Shown here piece after piece: positions 10,548 to 18,667 of a stretch of 64,000 nucleotides of DNA. The translations under genes and the position numbers were made by a program. The notes beneath the pieces were generated by a model. That model was given only the letters and a program-made list of their open reading frames with translations, searched no databases and had not been told where the DNA came from. Source of the stretch: Gemmatimonadota bacterium (GTDB lineage: Bacteria > Gemmatimonadota > Gemmatimonadetes > Palauibacterales > Palauibacteraceae); NCBI GenBank assembly GCA_963666735.1, contig OY762926.1:2432001-2496000 (forward strand), read 5' to 3'. Every line of letters starts with the position of its first letter. Positions within the stretch are counted from its first letter, which is position 1.

Positions 10548-11528
10548 TTAGTCACCAGGCAGCCGCACAACCCCCAAGTACCCGTAGTCCTCCAGGTCGA
10601 ACAGATCAAAGGCCGTGTACTCGCCGGATGGCGGATCGACGGGCTCAGCTAGATCGTCGCCCACCCCGGCACCGCGCTGGACCCACAGCGCGTTTGCCGG
10701 CCCTTGGAACATCTTCGACACGGCGGGGAACGTCTCGGCGAACCGGATTTGCGACAAGAGGGCGGGAGGTGCGGGCTCTGTCCCTACCCACGCCGCCCAG
10801 CCCCCTGGCGCCGACGCAGGATTCTCAAGGTATCGTAGCATCTTGTCGCGGAAGTCGTCGGTCACGGGCCTGATATCCACGTCACGCGAGATCAATCCCA
10901 CCTCTTGGGCGGTACCGAAGTTCAACACTCGCGCAGCGTACGTGTCTCCCTGGGCGACGACGAACCGCTCATCGTCGAGGGCAGCCATCGATGGCAGGGC
11001 CCCGAAAATGACGCCAGGCTGAAAGGTAACCGGTACGACCGCAAGAGTACGTTGATCGGAGAGGGCGATCACTTCGGCCTGCTCCATGACCGCCAAGACG
11101 AGAGCGAACGGTTCATCGCCGAGGAGCGCCACGTCCGCGACGAACGTTGTGGGGTTGTCGACTCGGAGGTTCTCGATGAAATCACCATCCAAATGGCATA
11201 CGCCCACCTTGTCGCGCTCGGCCACGAAGACGGTCGAATCGTTCGCGGCTATCGCGATCGGTAAGGTGAATTCACCCGGCCCACCACCCATCCGGCCCCA
11301 TACGTGCTTTATCTCCCCTTTGGGGTCCAGCACGATCACCTCGTCAAGGTCGAGGATCACGAGGTCGCCGGAGGGTGCGTAATACATATCGCGCACTCCG
11401 ACCAGTTCCTTGTCCATCCCACCGATGGCAACGCTAATGACAGGATCCAAGAGCATCGGCTGCGCCTCTAGCGGCGCAGCCGATGCTAGCAACATGAGCC
11501 AGAGCCCTGGGGAGATGAACCTCGCCAT
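10548..11528 (-). CDS. Exported 6-bladed beta-propeller protein, C-terminus possibly truncated
   Basis: Signal peptide MARFISPGLWLMLLASAAPLEAQ; GRMGGGPGEF; FDLFD...GYLGVVRLP then a stop, with propeller-like NEARLAGVVT continuing in another frame. Confidence 0.7.
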   Translation of the reverse strand: MARFISPGLWLMLLASAAPLEAQPMLLDPVISVAIGGMDKELVGVRDMYYAPSGDLVILDLDEVIVLDPKGEIKHVWGRMGGGPGEFTLPIAIAANDSTVFVAERDKVGVCHLDGDFIENLRVDNPTTFVADVALLGDEPFALVLAVMEQAEVIALSDQRTLAVVPVTFQPGVIFGALPSMAALDDERFVVAQGDTYAARVLNFGTAQEVGLISRDVDIRPVTDDFRDKMLRYLENPASAPGGWAAWVGTEPAPPALLSQIRFAETFPAVSKMFQGPANALWVQRGAGVGDDLAEPVDPPSGEYTAFDLFDLEDYGYLGVVRLPGD

Positions 11529-11595
11529 ACCGTACAGCTTAGGCTTAGCGAAGCGACCCGCCCTCGGGAAATGGGATCTTACTGACGCGGCAGCC

Positions 11596-11623
11596 ACCCT
11601 ACGGGGGGGGAGGGGGGTGTCAA
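11596..11623 (-). promoter_or_regulatory. Putative sigma70 promoter TTGACA-N16-TAGGGT
   Basis: Perfect -35 on the minus strand at 11623-11618, C-rich spacer, TAGGGT, about 70 bp upstream of the propeller gene. Confidence 0.45.
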
Positions 11624-11692
11624 GGAGCATCGAAGATGTCCCCGTCAAACCAAAGTAGAAATGTCCGGGGTTAGGGCGCAGTAGTAATGTCC
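11618..11692. mobile_element. Solo insertion-sequence end, IS1202/ISNCY-like
   Basis: Starts TGT and carries three spaced sub-terminal repeats: GAAGATGTCC, GTAGAAATGTCC, GTAGTAATGTCC; no intact transposase adjacent. Confidence 0.5.
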
Positions 11693-11849
11693 TCCCCCGT
11701 CGGTTCGGTGTTGCCCCGCTCCCGGGCCGGTTCGGTCGCGCGGGGCGGTTCCTTCTCGTTGGATATCGCTTCTCGCTCGCGGCGGAGGTCTCGGCGGGCG
11801 ACGGCCCGCCGGACGGAGGCTTGGCGCCGGGTTGTCAGGTATCCCGTTT

Positions 11850-12098
11850 CTACCAATTGTAGGATGTCCACGCGCCGCAGTCGGCCGACGGGCACGCGAG
11901 TCGGACCCGGAACGGCGAGTCGTCGGAGCGGGGCGCCCGATGCTGTTCGACGCAGCGCACCATGCGGGTCTCGCACCGGGGGCAGTCCGGTTCGCCCCCG
12001 GGACCGCCGTGCTTGCGGTCGCGCCGTTCGAGCGTCCGGCCTGCCTCGAAATCGAGAAGCGGCCCCTGCTCCGGGGCCGATTGTGACGGATCATCCAT
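11850..12098 (-). CDS. Small putative zinc-ribbon protein
   Basis: 82 aa with CPRC...CPSADC; protein-like C-terminal part of ORF 11850..12524; start uncertain. Confidence 0.5.
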   Translation of the reverse strand: MDDPSQSAPEQGPLLDFEAGRTLERRDRKHGGPGGEPDCPRCETRMVRCVEQHRAPRSDDSPFRVRLACPSADCGAWTSYNW

Positions 12099-13320
12099 GG
12101 GGAAACAGGATATTCCGGCCGAGCTCGGATCGGCCAGCCCGGCGGTCGCGACCGCGGTAGCGGAGTCCGCGCTGCCGCTCGATGATCGCATCGACGAGTT
12201 GAGGGGCCAGTTCCCGATTCTCTCCCGCAAGACATACCTCAACTCCAACTCCCTCGGCGCGCTCTCTCTTCGCTCCGTCGAGGAGCGCCGGCGGTTCGAG
12301 GAGTTGTGGCACGAGATGGGCGCGGGCGCCTGGTATGAGATCTGGGTCGCCAAGCTCGAGGAAGTCCGGACGCAGTTCGGTCGAACCATCGAGGCCGACG
12401 CCGACACGGTCGCGCTCATGTCGAGCGTCTCGGCCGCAGTGTCCGTCGTCTGGGGAGCCATCGCGGCAGGCCTCCGGGGCACCGTCCGCAACAAGGTGGT
12501 GCTCACGGAACTCGACTTCCCCACCGTCGGCCATCACTTCCTGTCCCAGCGGGCGAACGGCCTCGAGGTGGAGATCGTGCCGAGTCCCGATGGGATTCAC
12601 GTCCCCCTCGAATCGATTCGCGCGGCCGTCGACGAGCGCACCGCGCTGCTCGCGACATCGCATGTCTTCTTCACGAGCGGCAACACCCAGGACGCGGCCG
12701 AACTCACTCGCATCGCGCACGATGCCGGGGCGTTCATTTTGCTGGACACCTACCAATCCAATGGACAACTCACGATCGACGCCGGAGCGCTGGGGGTGGA
12801 CTTCCTCGTCGGCGGGGCGCTCAAGTGGCTGTGCGGCGGACCGGGCATGGCCTACCTCCACGTGAACCCCTCCGTGCGCCTCGATCCGGTCACGCTCTCA
12901 TGGTTCGGTGTTGAAAACCAGTTTCTTTTCGACATTCGCGATGCGACCCCTCGGGCGGACGCCAGGCGCTTCGAACTCGGAACCCCCGCCGCGGGCGTCG
13001 CGTACACGGCCGCGGGCGGCCTGTCCATCGTTCTCGAGTACGGGATCGCGGCGATTCAACAGCGTAACCGGTTCCTGGCAAATGACTTGCGGGAGAGGTT
13101 GTCGGACCTGGGCTACAAGCTGCACCAAGCCTCCGATCCGGCGGCGCGATCGGCCCTCGTCCTCGTCGAGCATGAGGAGGACGCCGCCGCCGCCGTGCGC
13201 CATCTGGGCGCGCGGGACGTAATTGTCGACCATCGCGGACCCCTGGTTCGCTTCTCGCCCCACTTCTACAACACGCTCGAGGACAACGAACGCGCGGTGG
13301 CGGCCCTGGCCGAGACTTGA
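12097..13320 (+). CDS. Class V PLP-dependent aminotransferase (kynureninase/cysteine desulfurase-like)
   Basis: YLNSNSLG, DFPT, LDTYQS, GGALKWLCGGPG, RFELGTP, RFSPHFYN. Confidence 0.9.
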   Translation: MGKQDIPAELGSASPAVATAVAESALPLDDRIDELRGQFPILSRKTYLNSNSLGALSLRSVEERRRFEELWHEMGAGAWYEIWVAKLEEVRTQFGRTIEADADTVALMSSVSAAVSVVWGAIAAGLRGTVRNKVVLTELDFPTVGHHFLSQRANGLEVEIVPSPDGIHVPLESIRAAVDERTALLATSHVFFTSGNTQDAAELTRIAHDAGAFILLDTYQSNGQLTIDAGALGVDFLVGGALKWLCGGPGMAYLHVNPSVRLDPVTLSWFGVENQFLFDIRDATPRADARRFELGTPAAGVAYTAAGGLSIVLEYGIAAIQQRNRFLANDLRERLSDLGYKLHQASDPAARSALVLVEHEEDAAAAVRHLGARDVIVDHRGPLVRFSPHFYNTLEDNERAVAALAET

Positions 13321-13436
13321 CGCTGTCCGCTCCCCGGTACGGACGCCACTCAGCAAGAGGTAAAGCGAAACGGTAAAGGACGTGCGACCGGGGACCGGTC
13401 GTGTATTTGGCCCGTAACCGAGAATGGGAGGAACCG

Positions 13437-13829
13437 ATGGAAGACCTCACGCGGGCAGTGGAAGTGTTCGTGTCGATCAACCTCATCGCCTTGGGGGCGT
13501 CGTACCTCCTCCGGCCGGCGGACTGGAGGGCGTTCATCGAGCACCTGCAGTCGAAGGGTGCGGCCGGCAGCCTGACGGTCGCGTTCCTCGCCATGGGCAT
13601 CGGATCCTTCATCGTCGCGTTCCACAACGTGTGGGGCGGCGTGCCGACGATCCTCACCGTGTACGGCTGGTTGGCGCTGGCGAAGGGGGGGTTCTACGCC
13701 CTGATGCCCGGGCTCGCGCAGAAGGGGATGGAGACGGCCCTGGGGATGGGCGCCGGGCTGTGGCGGGCCGGCGGCGTACTGGTCGCGGCAGTCGGTATCG
13801 TCGTCCTCCAACACGCCCTGCAGGGGTAG
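13437..13829 (+). CDS. Small 4-TM membrane protein
   Basis: GGAGG upstream; four hydrophobic helices; FHNVW...TVYGW. Confidence 0.7.
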   Translation: MEDLTRAVEVFVSINLIALGASYLLRPADWRAFIEHLQSKGAAGSLTVAFLAMGIGSFIVAFHNVWGGVPTILTVYGWLALAKGGFYALMPGLAQKGMETALGMGAGLWRAGGVLVAAVGIVVLQHALQG

Positions 13830-13865
13830 GAAGCGGCTCCTTCCAGACCCAACCGGTGGCGGCCG

Positions 13866-14741
13866 TCAGGCCAGCGTGGCGTCGGCGGACATCGCGATGG
13901 CGCCCGTGTCGTCCAGCGCCCTCAGGTCGATCTGGTTCTCGGCGCGCCGGCCCTGAACGGTGATCCGCCGGTCGACGAACATCGGCCGGCGGGCCCGGAA
14001 GGCCAGCGTTCGCAGCGGCCGCCCGGAGCGGCGGGTCGCGAGATCCGCGAGCAGCAGCGCCGTCAGCGGCCCGTGCACGACGAGATCGGGATACATCTCG
14101 ACATCGCGCGCGTAGTCCCGGTCGTAGTGGATGCGGTGCGCGTTGAAGGTGAGCGCCGAAAACCTGAACAGCATCGCCGCGTTCGGCGCCACGGACTCCG
14201 ACCACTCCATCTCGTCCTCGGGACCCGCAACGTCCGGCAGCACGAGCGGTTCGACGGGCCGCTCGAGGAAGACGAGGTCCTGCTCTTCAACGATCTCCCC
14301 GTCGTTGCCCGAGATCCGGTGCTCGACCGTGACCAGCACCAGCGGCCCGCTCCGGCCCTGCTTGGGCGTGACCCAACGAACCGCCGAGCGGCGGCGGAGG
14401 GGCTCTCCGATCCGCAGGCTCCCTTCGAAGGCGATCCGTCCACCCGCCCACATCCGGCGGGAATACGGCAGCGCCGGCAGGAAGTCGCCGCGTTTCTGGT
14501 GGCCGTCGCCGTCGAGTCGGCTGCCCGGCGCCAGTTCCCGGCAGTACATCCAGTGGAAGAGAGGCGGGAGGGAGTCTCCCTCGCCCAGCGCCCGCGGGTC
14601 CCGGTCCAGGGTGGCCAGCATGGCGCCCGCGAGCGCGGCGGAGGCCCGGTCCACGACCTCTTCGGTGCGCCCGACGCCGCGCGCCTCTCCCTCGATTCCG
14701 TCCATCGCCGGACTCCCCTCCATCGCCGGTCCTCCATCCAT
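13866..14741 (-). CDS. MaoC/FAS1-like acyl-CoA dehydratase (mesaconyl-C4-CoA/itaconyl-CoA hydratase-like)
   Basis: DGH..RG.FLP, RRMWAGG, LFRFSALTFNAHRIHYD, LVVHGPL. Confidence 0.88.
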   Translation of the reverse strand: MDGGPAMEGSPAMDGIEGEARGVGRTEEVVDRASAALAGAMLATLDRDPRALGEGDSLPPLFHWMYCRELAPGSRLDGDGHQKRGDFLPALPYSRRMWAGGRIAFEGSLRIGEPLRRRSAVRWVTPKQGRSGPLVLVTVEHRISGNDGEIVEEQDLVFLERPVEPLVLPDVAGPEDEMEWSESVAPNAAMLFRFSALTFNAHRIHYDRDYARDVEMYPDLVVHGPLTALLLADLATRRSGRPLRTLAFRARRPMFVDRRITVQGRRAENQIDLRALDDTGAIAMSADATLA

Positions 14742-14759
14742 CGCCCGTCCCCCCCCGCT

Positions 14760-15923
14760 TCAGAAGGACTTCGGGAGACCCAGCACATGGGTCGCCACGT
14801 GGGACAGGATCAGATTCGTGGAGACCGGCGCGATCTGATACAGCCGGGTCTCGCGAAACTTGCGTTCGATGTCGTACTCGGTGGAGAAGGCGAACCCCCC
14901 GTATGTCTGCATGCACATGTCGGCCGCGGCCCACGAGGCGTCGGATGCGAGGTACTTGGCCATGTTCGCTTCCGCTCCGCACGGCACCCCCTCGTCGAAC
15001 AGCGACGCCGCCCGCTCCACCATGAGCGCCGCCGCTTCCGTCTTCATGTGGGCCTCGGCGATGGGAAACTGGATGCCCTGGTTCTGCCCGATCGGGCGCC
15101 CGAACACCTCGCGGCCCTTCGCATACTCCGCGGCACGCTCCACGAAGAACCGCGCGTCCCCCACGCACTCGGCCGCGATGAGCACGCGCTCCGCGTTCAG
15201 CCCATCGAGGATGTAGCGGAACCCCTTCCCTTCGTCGCCGATGAGATTCGCCGCCGGCACGCGCAGTCCGTCGAAGAACACTTCGGTGGTGGAGTGGTTG
15301 ATCATCGTCTCGATGGGCCGGATCGTGACGGACTCCCCGACTTCGTTCCGCAGGTCGACCAGGAAGACGGACATCCCCTCGGTGGGTTTCGCGCTCTCCT
15401 CGCGAGGCGTCGTGCGCGCGAGCAGGAGCATGAGATCGGAGTGTTCGGAGCGGGAGATCCAGGTCTTCTGCCCGTGGATCACGTAGGCATCGCCATCGCG
15501 CTCGGCCGTCGTCTCGATCCGGGTCGTGTCCGTGCCGCAGGTCGGCTCGCTCACCCCGAACGCCTGCAGACGCAACTCTCCCGCCGCGATTCGGGGCAGA
15601 TACCGCCGCTTCTGCGCCTCGCCGCCGTGCCTGAGCAGAGTGCCCATGATGTACATCTGGGCGTGACAGGCGGCCCCGTTGCACCCGGTGCGCTGGATCA
15701 TCTCGAGGATCACGCACGCCGCCTTGAGGTCGAGTCCGGCGCCTCCGTATTCCTCGGGGATGAGCGCGGCGAGATATCCCGCTTCGGTCAGCGCATCGAT
15801 GAACGCGGTCGGGTACGCGCTCTCGCGGTCCCGGTCCCGCCAGTACTCGCCCGGAAAGCGCTCGCACAGACCGCGAACGCCCTCCCGGATCGCCTCGTAG
15901 CCGTCTTCGGCGCGCGCGAACAT
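14760..15923 (-). CDS. Acyl-CoA dehydrogenase
   Basis: IPEEYGGAG, FGVSEPTCGTD, GQKTWIS, LNAER, FGRPIGQNQ, YGGFAF. Confidence 0.95.
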   Translation of the reverse strand: MFARAEDGYEAIREGVRGLCERFPGEYWRDRDRESAYPTAFIDALTEAGYLAALIPEEYGGAGLDLKAACVILEMIQRTGCNGAACHAQMYIMGTLLRHGGEAQKRRYLPRIAAGELRLQAFGVSEPTCGTDTTRIETTAERDGDAYVIHGQKTWISRSEHSDLMLLLARTTPREESAKPTEGMSVFLVDLRNEVGESVTIRPIETMINHSTTEVFFDGLRVPAANLIGDEGKGFRYILDGLNAERVLIAAECVGDARFFVERAAEYAKGREVFGRPIGQNQGIQFPIAEAHMKTEAAALMVERAASLFDEGVPCGAEANMAKYLASDASWAAADMCMQTYGGFAFSTEYDIERKFRETRLYQIAPVSTNLILSHVATHVLGLPKSF

Positions 15924-16006
15924 TCTCCGAGGGTACGAGCTACGCGCGGCCCCGGCGATGGCTCCGGCGATGGCTCCCCTCGGAGCCGCACCGCATATTG
16001 CGGCCG

Positions 16007-16543
16007 ATGACCTCGAGAGACGGCGGCGACGACTGGGGAGCGGAGGTATTCGAAGCGCTCCGAAGACTCGGGATCCGGCATGTCGCGACGGTGCCGGACG
16101 CCGGTCTCGGGAGGTTTCTCGAGCTGTGCGAGGCGGACCCCGGGATCCGGCTCATCACGCTCACGACGGAGGAGGAGGGGATCGCCCTCGCGTGCGGCAC
16201 GTGGCTCGGAGGCGAACTCGCGGCCGTGGCCATGCAGTCGAGCGGGGTCGGCAACATCGTGAACATGCTTGCACTCCCGAACGTGTGCCGGATTCCGTGT
16301 CTCCTCCTCGTGTCCATGCGCGGCGAAGCCGAGGAGCGGAACCCGTGGCAGGTCCCCGTGGGGCGCGCCGTGCCCGGTCTCCTCGCCGCCCTCGACGTGG
16401 ACGTGTTCCGTCCGGAGTCCGCCGCCGGGGTGGCGCCGGCGTTCGCGGAAGCCGCCGCGCGGGCGCGGGAGACGGGACGCCCCGCCGCCGTGCTCGTCAG
16501 CCAGCACATCATCGGAGCGAAGTCGTTCGTGGGCGGAGACTGA
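16007..16543 (+). CDS. Sulfopyruvate/phosphonopyruvate decarboxylase-like alpha subunit
   Basis: VPDAG, TTEEEGIALACG, MQSSGVGN, MRGE..E.NPWQ. Confidence 0.85.
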   Translation: MTSRDGGDDWGAEVFEALRRLGIRHVATVPDAGLGRFLELCEADPGIRLITLTTEEEGIALACGTWLGGELAAVAMQSSGVGNIVNMLALPNVCRIPCLLLVSMRGEAEERNPWQVPVGRAVPGLLAALDVDVFRPESAAGVAPAFAEAAARARETGRPAAVLVSQHIIGAKSFVGGD

Positions 16544-17178
16544 TGCGGGAGACGAGGCTGGACACGGGGCTGGACACGGGGCTGGACACGGGGCTGGACC
16601 GGCGCGCGCTCGTCGCCGGGATCCTGGACCGGCGCGGCAATGCGGCCGTGGTGGCGGGACTCGGTTCTCCGGCGTGGGACTGCCACGCGGCGGGCGACTC
16701 GCCGCTGAACTTCTACTTCTGGGGCGGAATGGGCGGGGCCGCGATGCTGGGGCTCGGCGTCGCCCTCGCGCAGCCGAACCGGCGAGTGCTTGTGGTCACC
16801 GGGGACGCGGAGATGCTGATGGGGGTGGGGAGCCTGGCCACGATCGCGGCCCAGGCCCCCTCCAACCTCGCCCTCCTGGTGCTCGACAACGAGGCCTTCG
16901 GCGAGACGGGGCGTCAGGCCGGGCTCACCGGGAAGAACACGGATATCGCCGCGGTCGCGCGCGGGGCCGGCATGGAAGTCGCCTTCACGGTCGGCGGCGA
17001 CGTCGAGGAGGGGCCTGCCAGGCTGGACGCCGGCGCGCTGGCGGGCACGCTGTTCGAGGAAGAAGGGCCGGTGCTGTGCGTCGCGAAGGTCGCTCTCGGC
17101 GCCGAACCGGGCTCATATCCGCCGCGGGACGGGGTCCTGCTCCGGGACCGTTTTCGGGCCGCGCTTGCCGGTGACTGA
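16543..17178 (+). CDS. Sulfopyruvate/phosphonopyruvate decarboxylase-like beta subunit (TPP-binding)
   Basis: TGATG coupling; GGMGGA, GDAEMLM...LDNEAFGETGRQ. Confidence 0.85.
   Translation: MRETRLDTGLDTGLDTGLDRRALVAGILDRRGNAAVVAGLGSPAWDCHAAGDSPLNFYFWGGMGGAAMLGLGVALAQPNRRVLVVTGDAEMLMGVGSLATIAAQAPSNLALLVLDNEAFGETGRQAGLTGKNTDIAAVARGAGMEVAFTVGGDVEEGPARLDAGALAGTLFEEEGPVLCVAKVALGAEPGSYPPRDGVLLRDRFRAALAGD
16556..16599 (+). repeat. 12-bp tandem repeat GGCTGGACACGG x3 plus partial
   Basis: Read directly; encodes LDTG x3. Confidence 0.9.
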
Positions 17179-17193
17179 GCGCCGTGGCGCCGC

Positions 17194-18447
17194 TCAGGGC
17201 TTCAGGAGGCCGGAAGGGTCGTAGCCCGCACCCCGCACGATGCGCTCCACCGCCTCCCCGAGCTTCGAGTTCGGCGTGGAGGCGCCCGCCGTGATGCCGA
17301 TGCTGATGTTCCCGTCCGGCAGCCACGCGTCCTCCGTCACCGTTTCATCGGTTCCCAGCGGCTTGTGCGTGATGCGCCCCCGCACGGTATCGATGCAGGC
17401 GGCGTCCTCGATGTGATACGTCGTCGTGTACAGTCCGCAGAGGTACGCGAGCTGGTTCGTGTTCGACGAATTGTAGCCTCCGATCACGACCATGAGGTCC
17501 GGCGGGTCCTCCATCATTTCCTTCACGGCGTCCTGCCGCTTCTGCGTGGCCGAGCAGATCGTGTCGAAGCTGCGAAACCGGTCCGGCATCTCCTCGGAGC
17601 CCCAGCGATCCGCGATCGCCTCGCCGAGTTTCGCGGCGATGGCCAGCGACTCGGAAGCCAGCATCGTCGTCTGGTTGGCGACGCCGATCTTCTCCAGGTG
17701 GAGGTCGGGATCGAACCCGTCGGACACCGATTCCGCGAACAACTGCATGAAGGAAGCCCGCTCCCCTTCTCCGCGGATATACGAGCAGACGAGTTGGGCC
17801 TGCTCCATGTCGCGGACGATGAGGAACTTCCCGTCTTCGTGTTTCAGAACCTGCGAGCTTGTCGCCCGCGTCTCCTCGTGCCAGTGCTTGCCGTGGATGA
17901 TCGAAGCGAAACCATCGCGGGCGTAGCCCTCCACGCGTTTCCACACGTTGAGCACCGAGCCGCAGGTGGTGTCGACGAGAATGCAGTCGAGGGCCCGCAA
18001 CGCTTCGAAGTCGTGCAGCGTCACGCCGAAGGCCGGGATGATGACGACGTCGTCCACGGTGACGTCGCTGAAGTCGAACTCCCCCGCGTCGGAAGGATAG
18101 AGGAACTCGATCTCCATCTCCCGGAGCCGGCGGTTCACGTGCGGGTTGTGGATGATCTCGCCCACGAGCAGGATCCGCCGGTCCGGGAACTTGCGGCGCG
18201 ACTCGTACGCATAGTCCACCGCACGGTCCACGCCGTAGCAGAACCCGGAACTCTTCGCGAGGCGCAGGAGGATCCGCCCCGCCTTAAGCTCGAAGTCGCG
18301 CTCCCTGATGAGGGAGACGATCGCGCTCCCGTACTCGAAATCGATCACCGGCTGGATCTCCTTCTTCAGACCCAGCCCGCGCCGGAAATAACGTTCGTCC
18401 GCGGTCGACGCCTTGCGACCGCCCGATCTCAGCGTCTGTTTCATCAT
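17194..18447 (-). CDS. ispH: 4-hydroxy-3-methylbut-2-enyl diphosphate reductase
   Basis: GFCYGVDRA, IIHNPHV, DTTC, HEET, NQTT, DTICSAT..RQ, GGYNSSNT, TAGASTP. Confidence 0.96.
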   Translation of the reverse strand: MMKQTLRSGGRKASTADERYFRRGLGLKKEIQPVIDFEYGSAIVSLIRERDFELKAGRILLRLAKSSGFCYGVDRAVDYAYESRRKFPDRRILLVGEIIHNPHVNRRLREMEIEFLYPSDAGEFDFSDVTVDDVVIIPAFGVTLHDFEALRALDCILVDTTCGSVLNVWKRVEGYARDGFASIIHGKHWHEETRATSSQVLKHEDGKFLIVRDMEQAQLVCSYIRGEGERASFMQLFAESVSDGFDPDLHLEKIGVANQTTMLASESLAIAAKLGEAIADRWGSEEMPDRFRSFDTICSATQKRQDAVKEMMEDPPDLMVVIGGYNSSNTNQLAYLCGLYTTTYHIEDAACIDTVRGRITHKPLGTDETVTEDAWLPDGNISIGITAGASTPNSKLGEAVERIVRGAGYDPSGLLKP

Positions 18448-18667
18448 ACCCTGAAGGTGGCGAAATCCCGTGCGGCTGCCAAGCAAGCGCCGATCCTGCC
18501 GTCTTGACGCACACCGCCCGCATCGGCAGACCTCTACACGCGTCGTTGCGCCAAATCGACGGATGCGGGGGTCCGGCGACCCAAACCGGCGGGCCCGAAA
18601 CCTGCACCGGAAGACGCGACTCTCACAGGCGCGCACGTTTGCGCGAGGACATAGAAGCTACGCGAGT

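Noticed and set aside
16556..16599. Short repeats as a possible CRISPR array
   Set aside because: Units are contiguous without spacers, and no cas genes are present in the window
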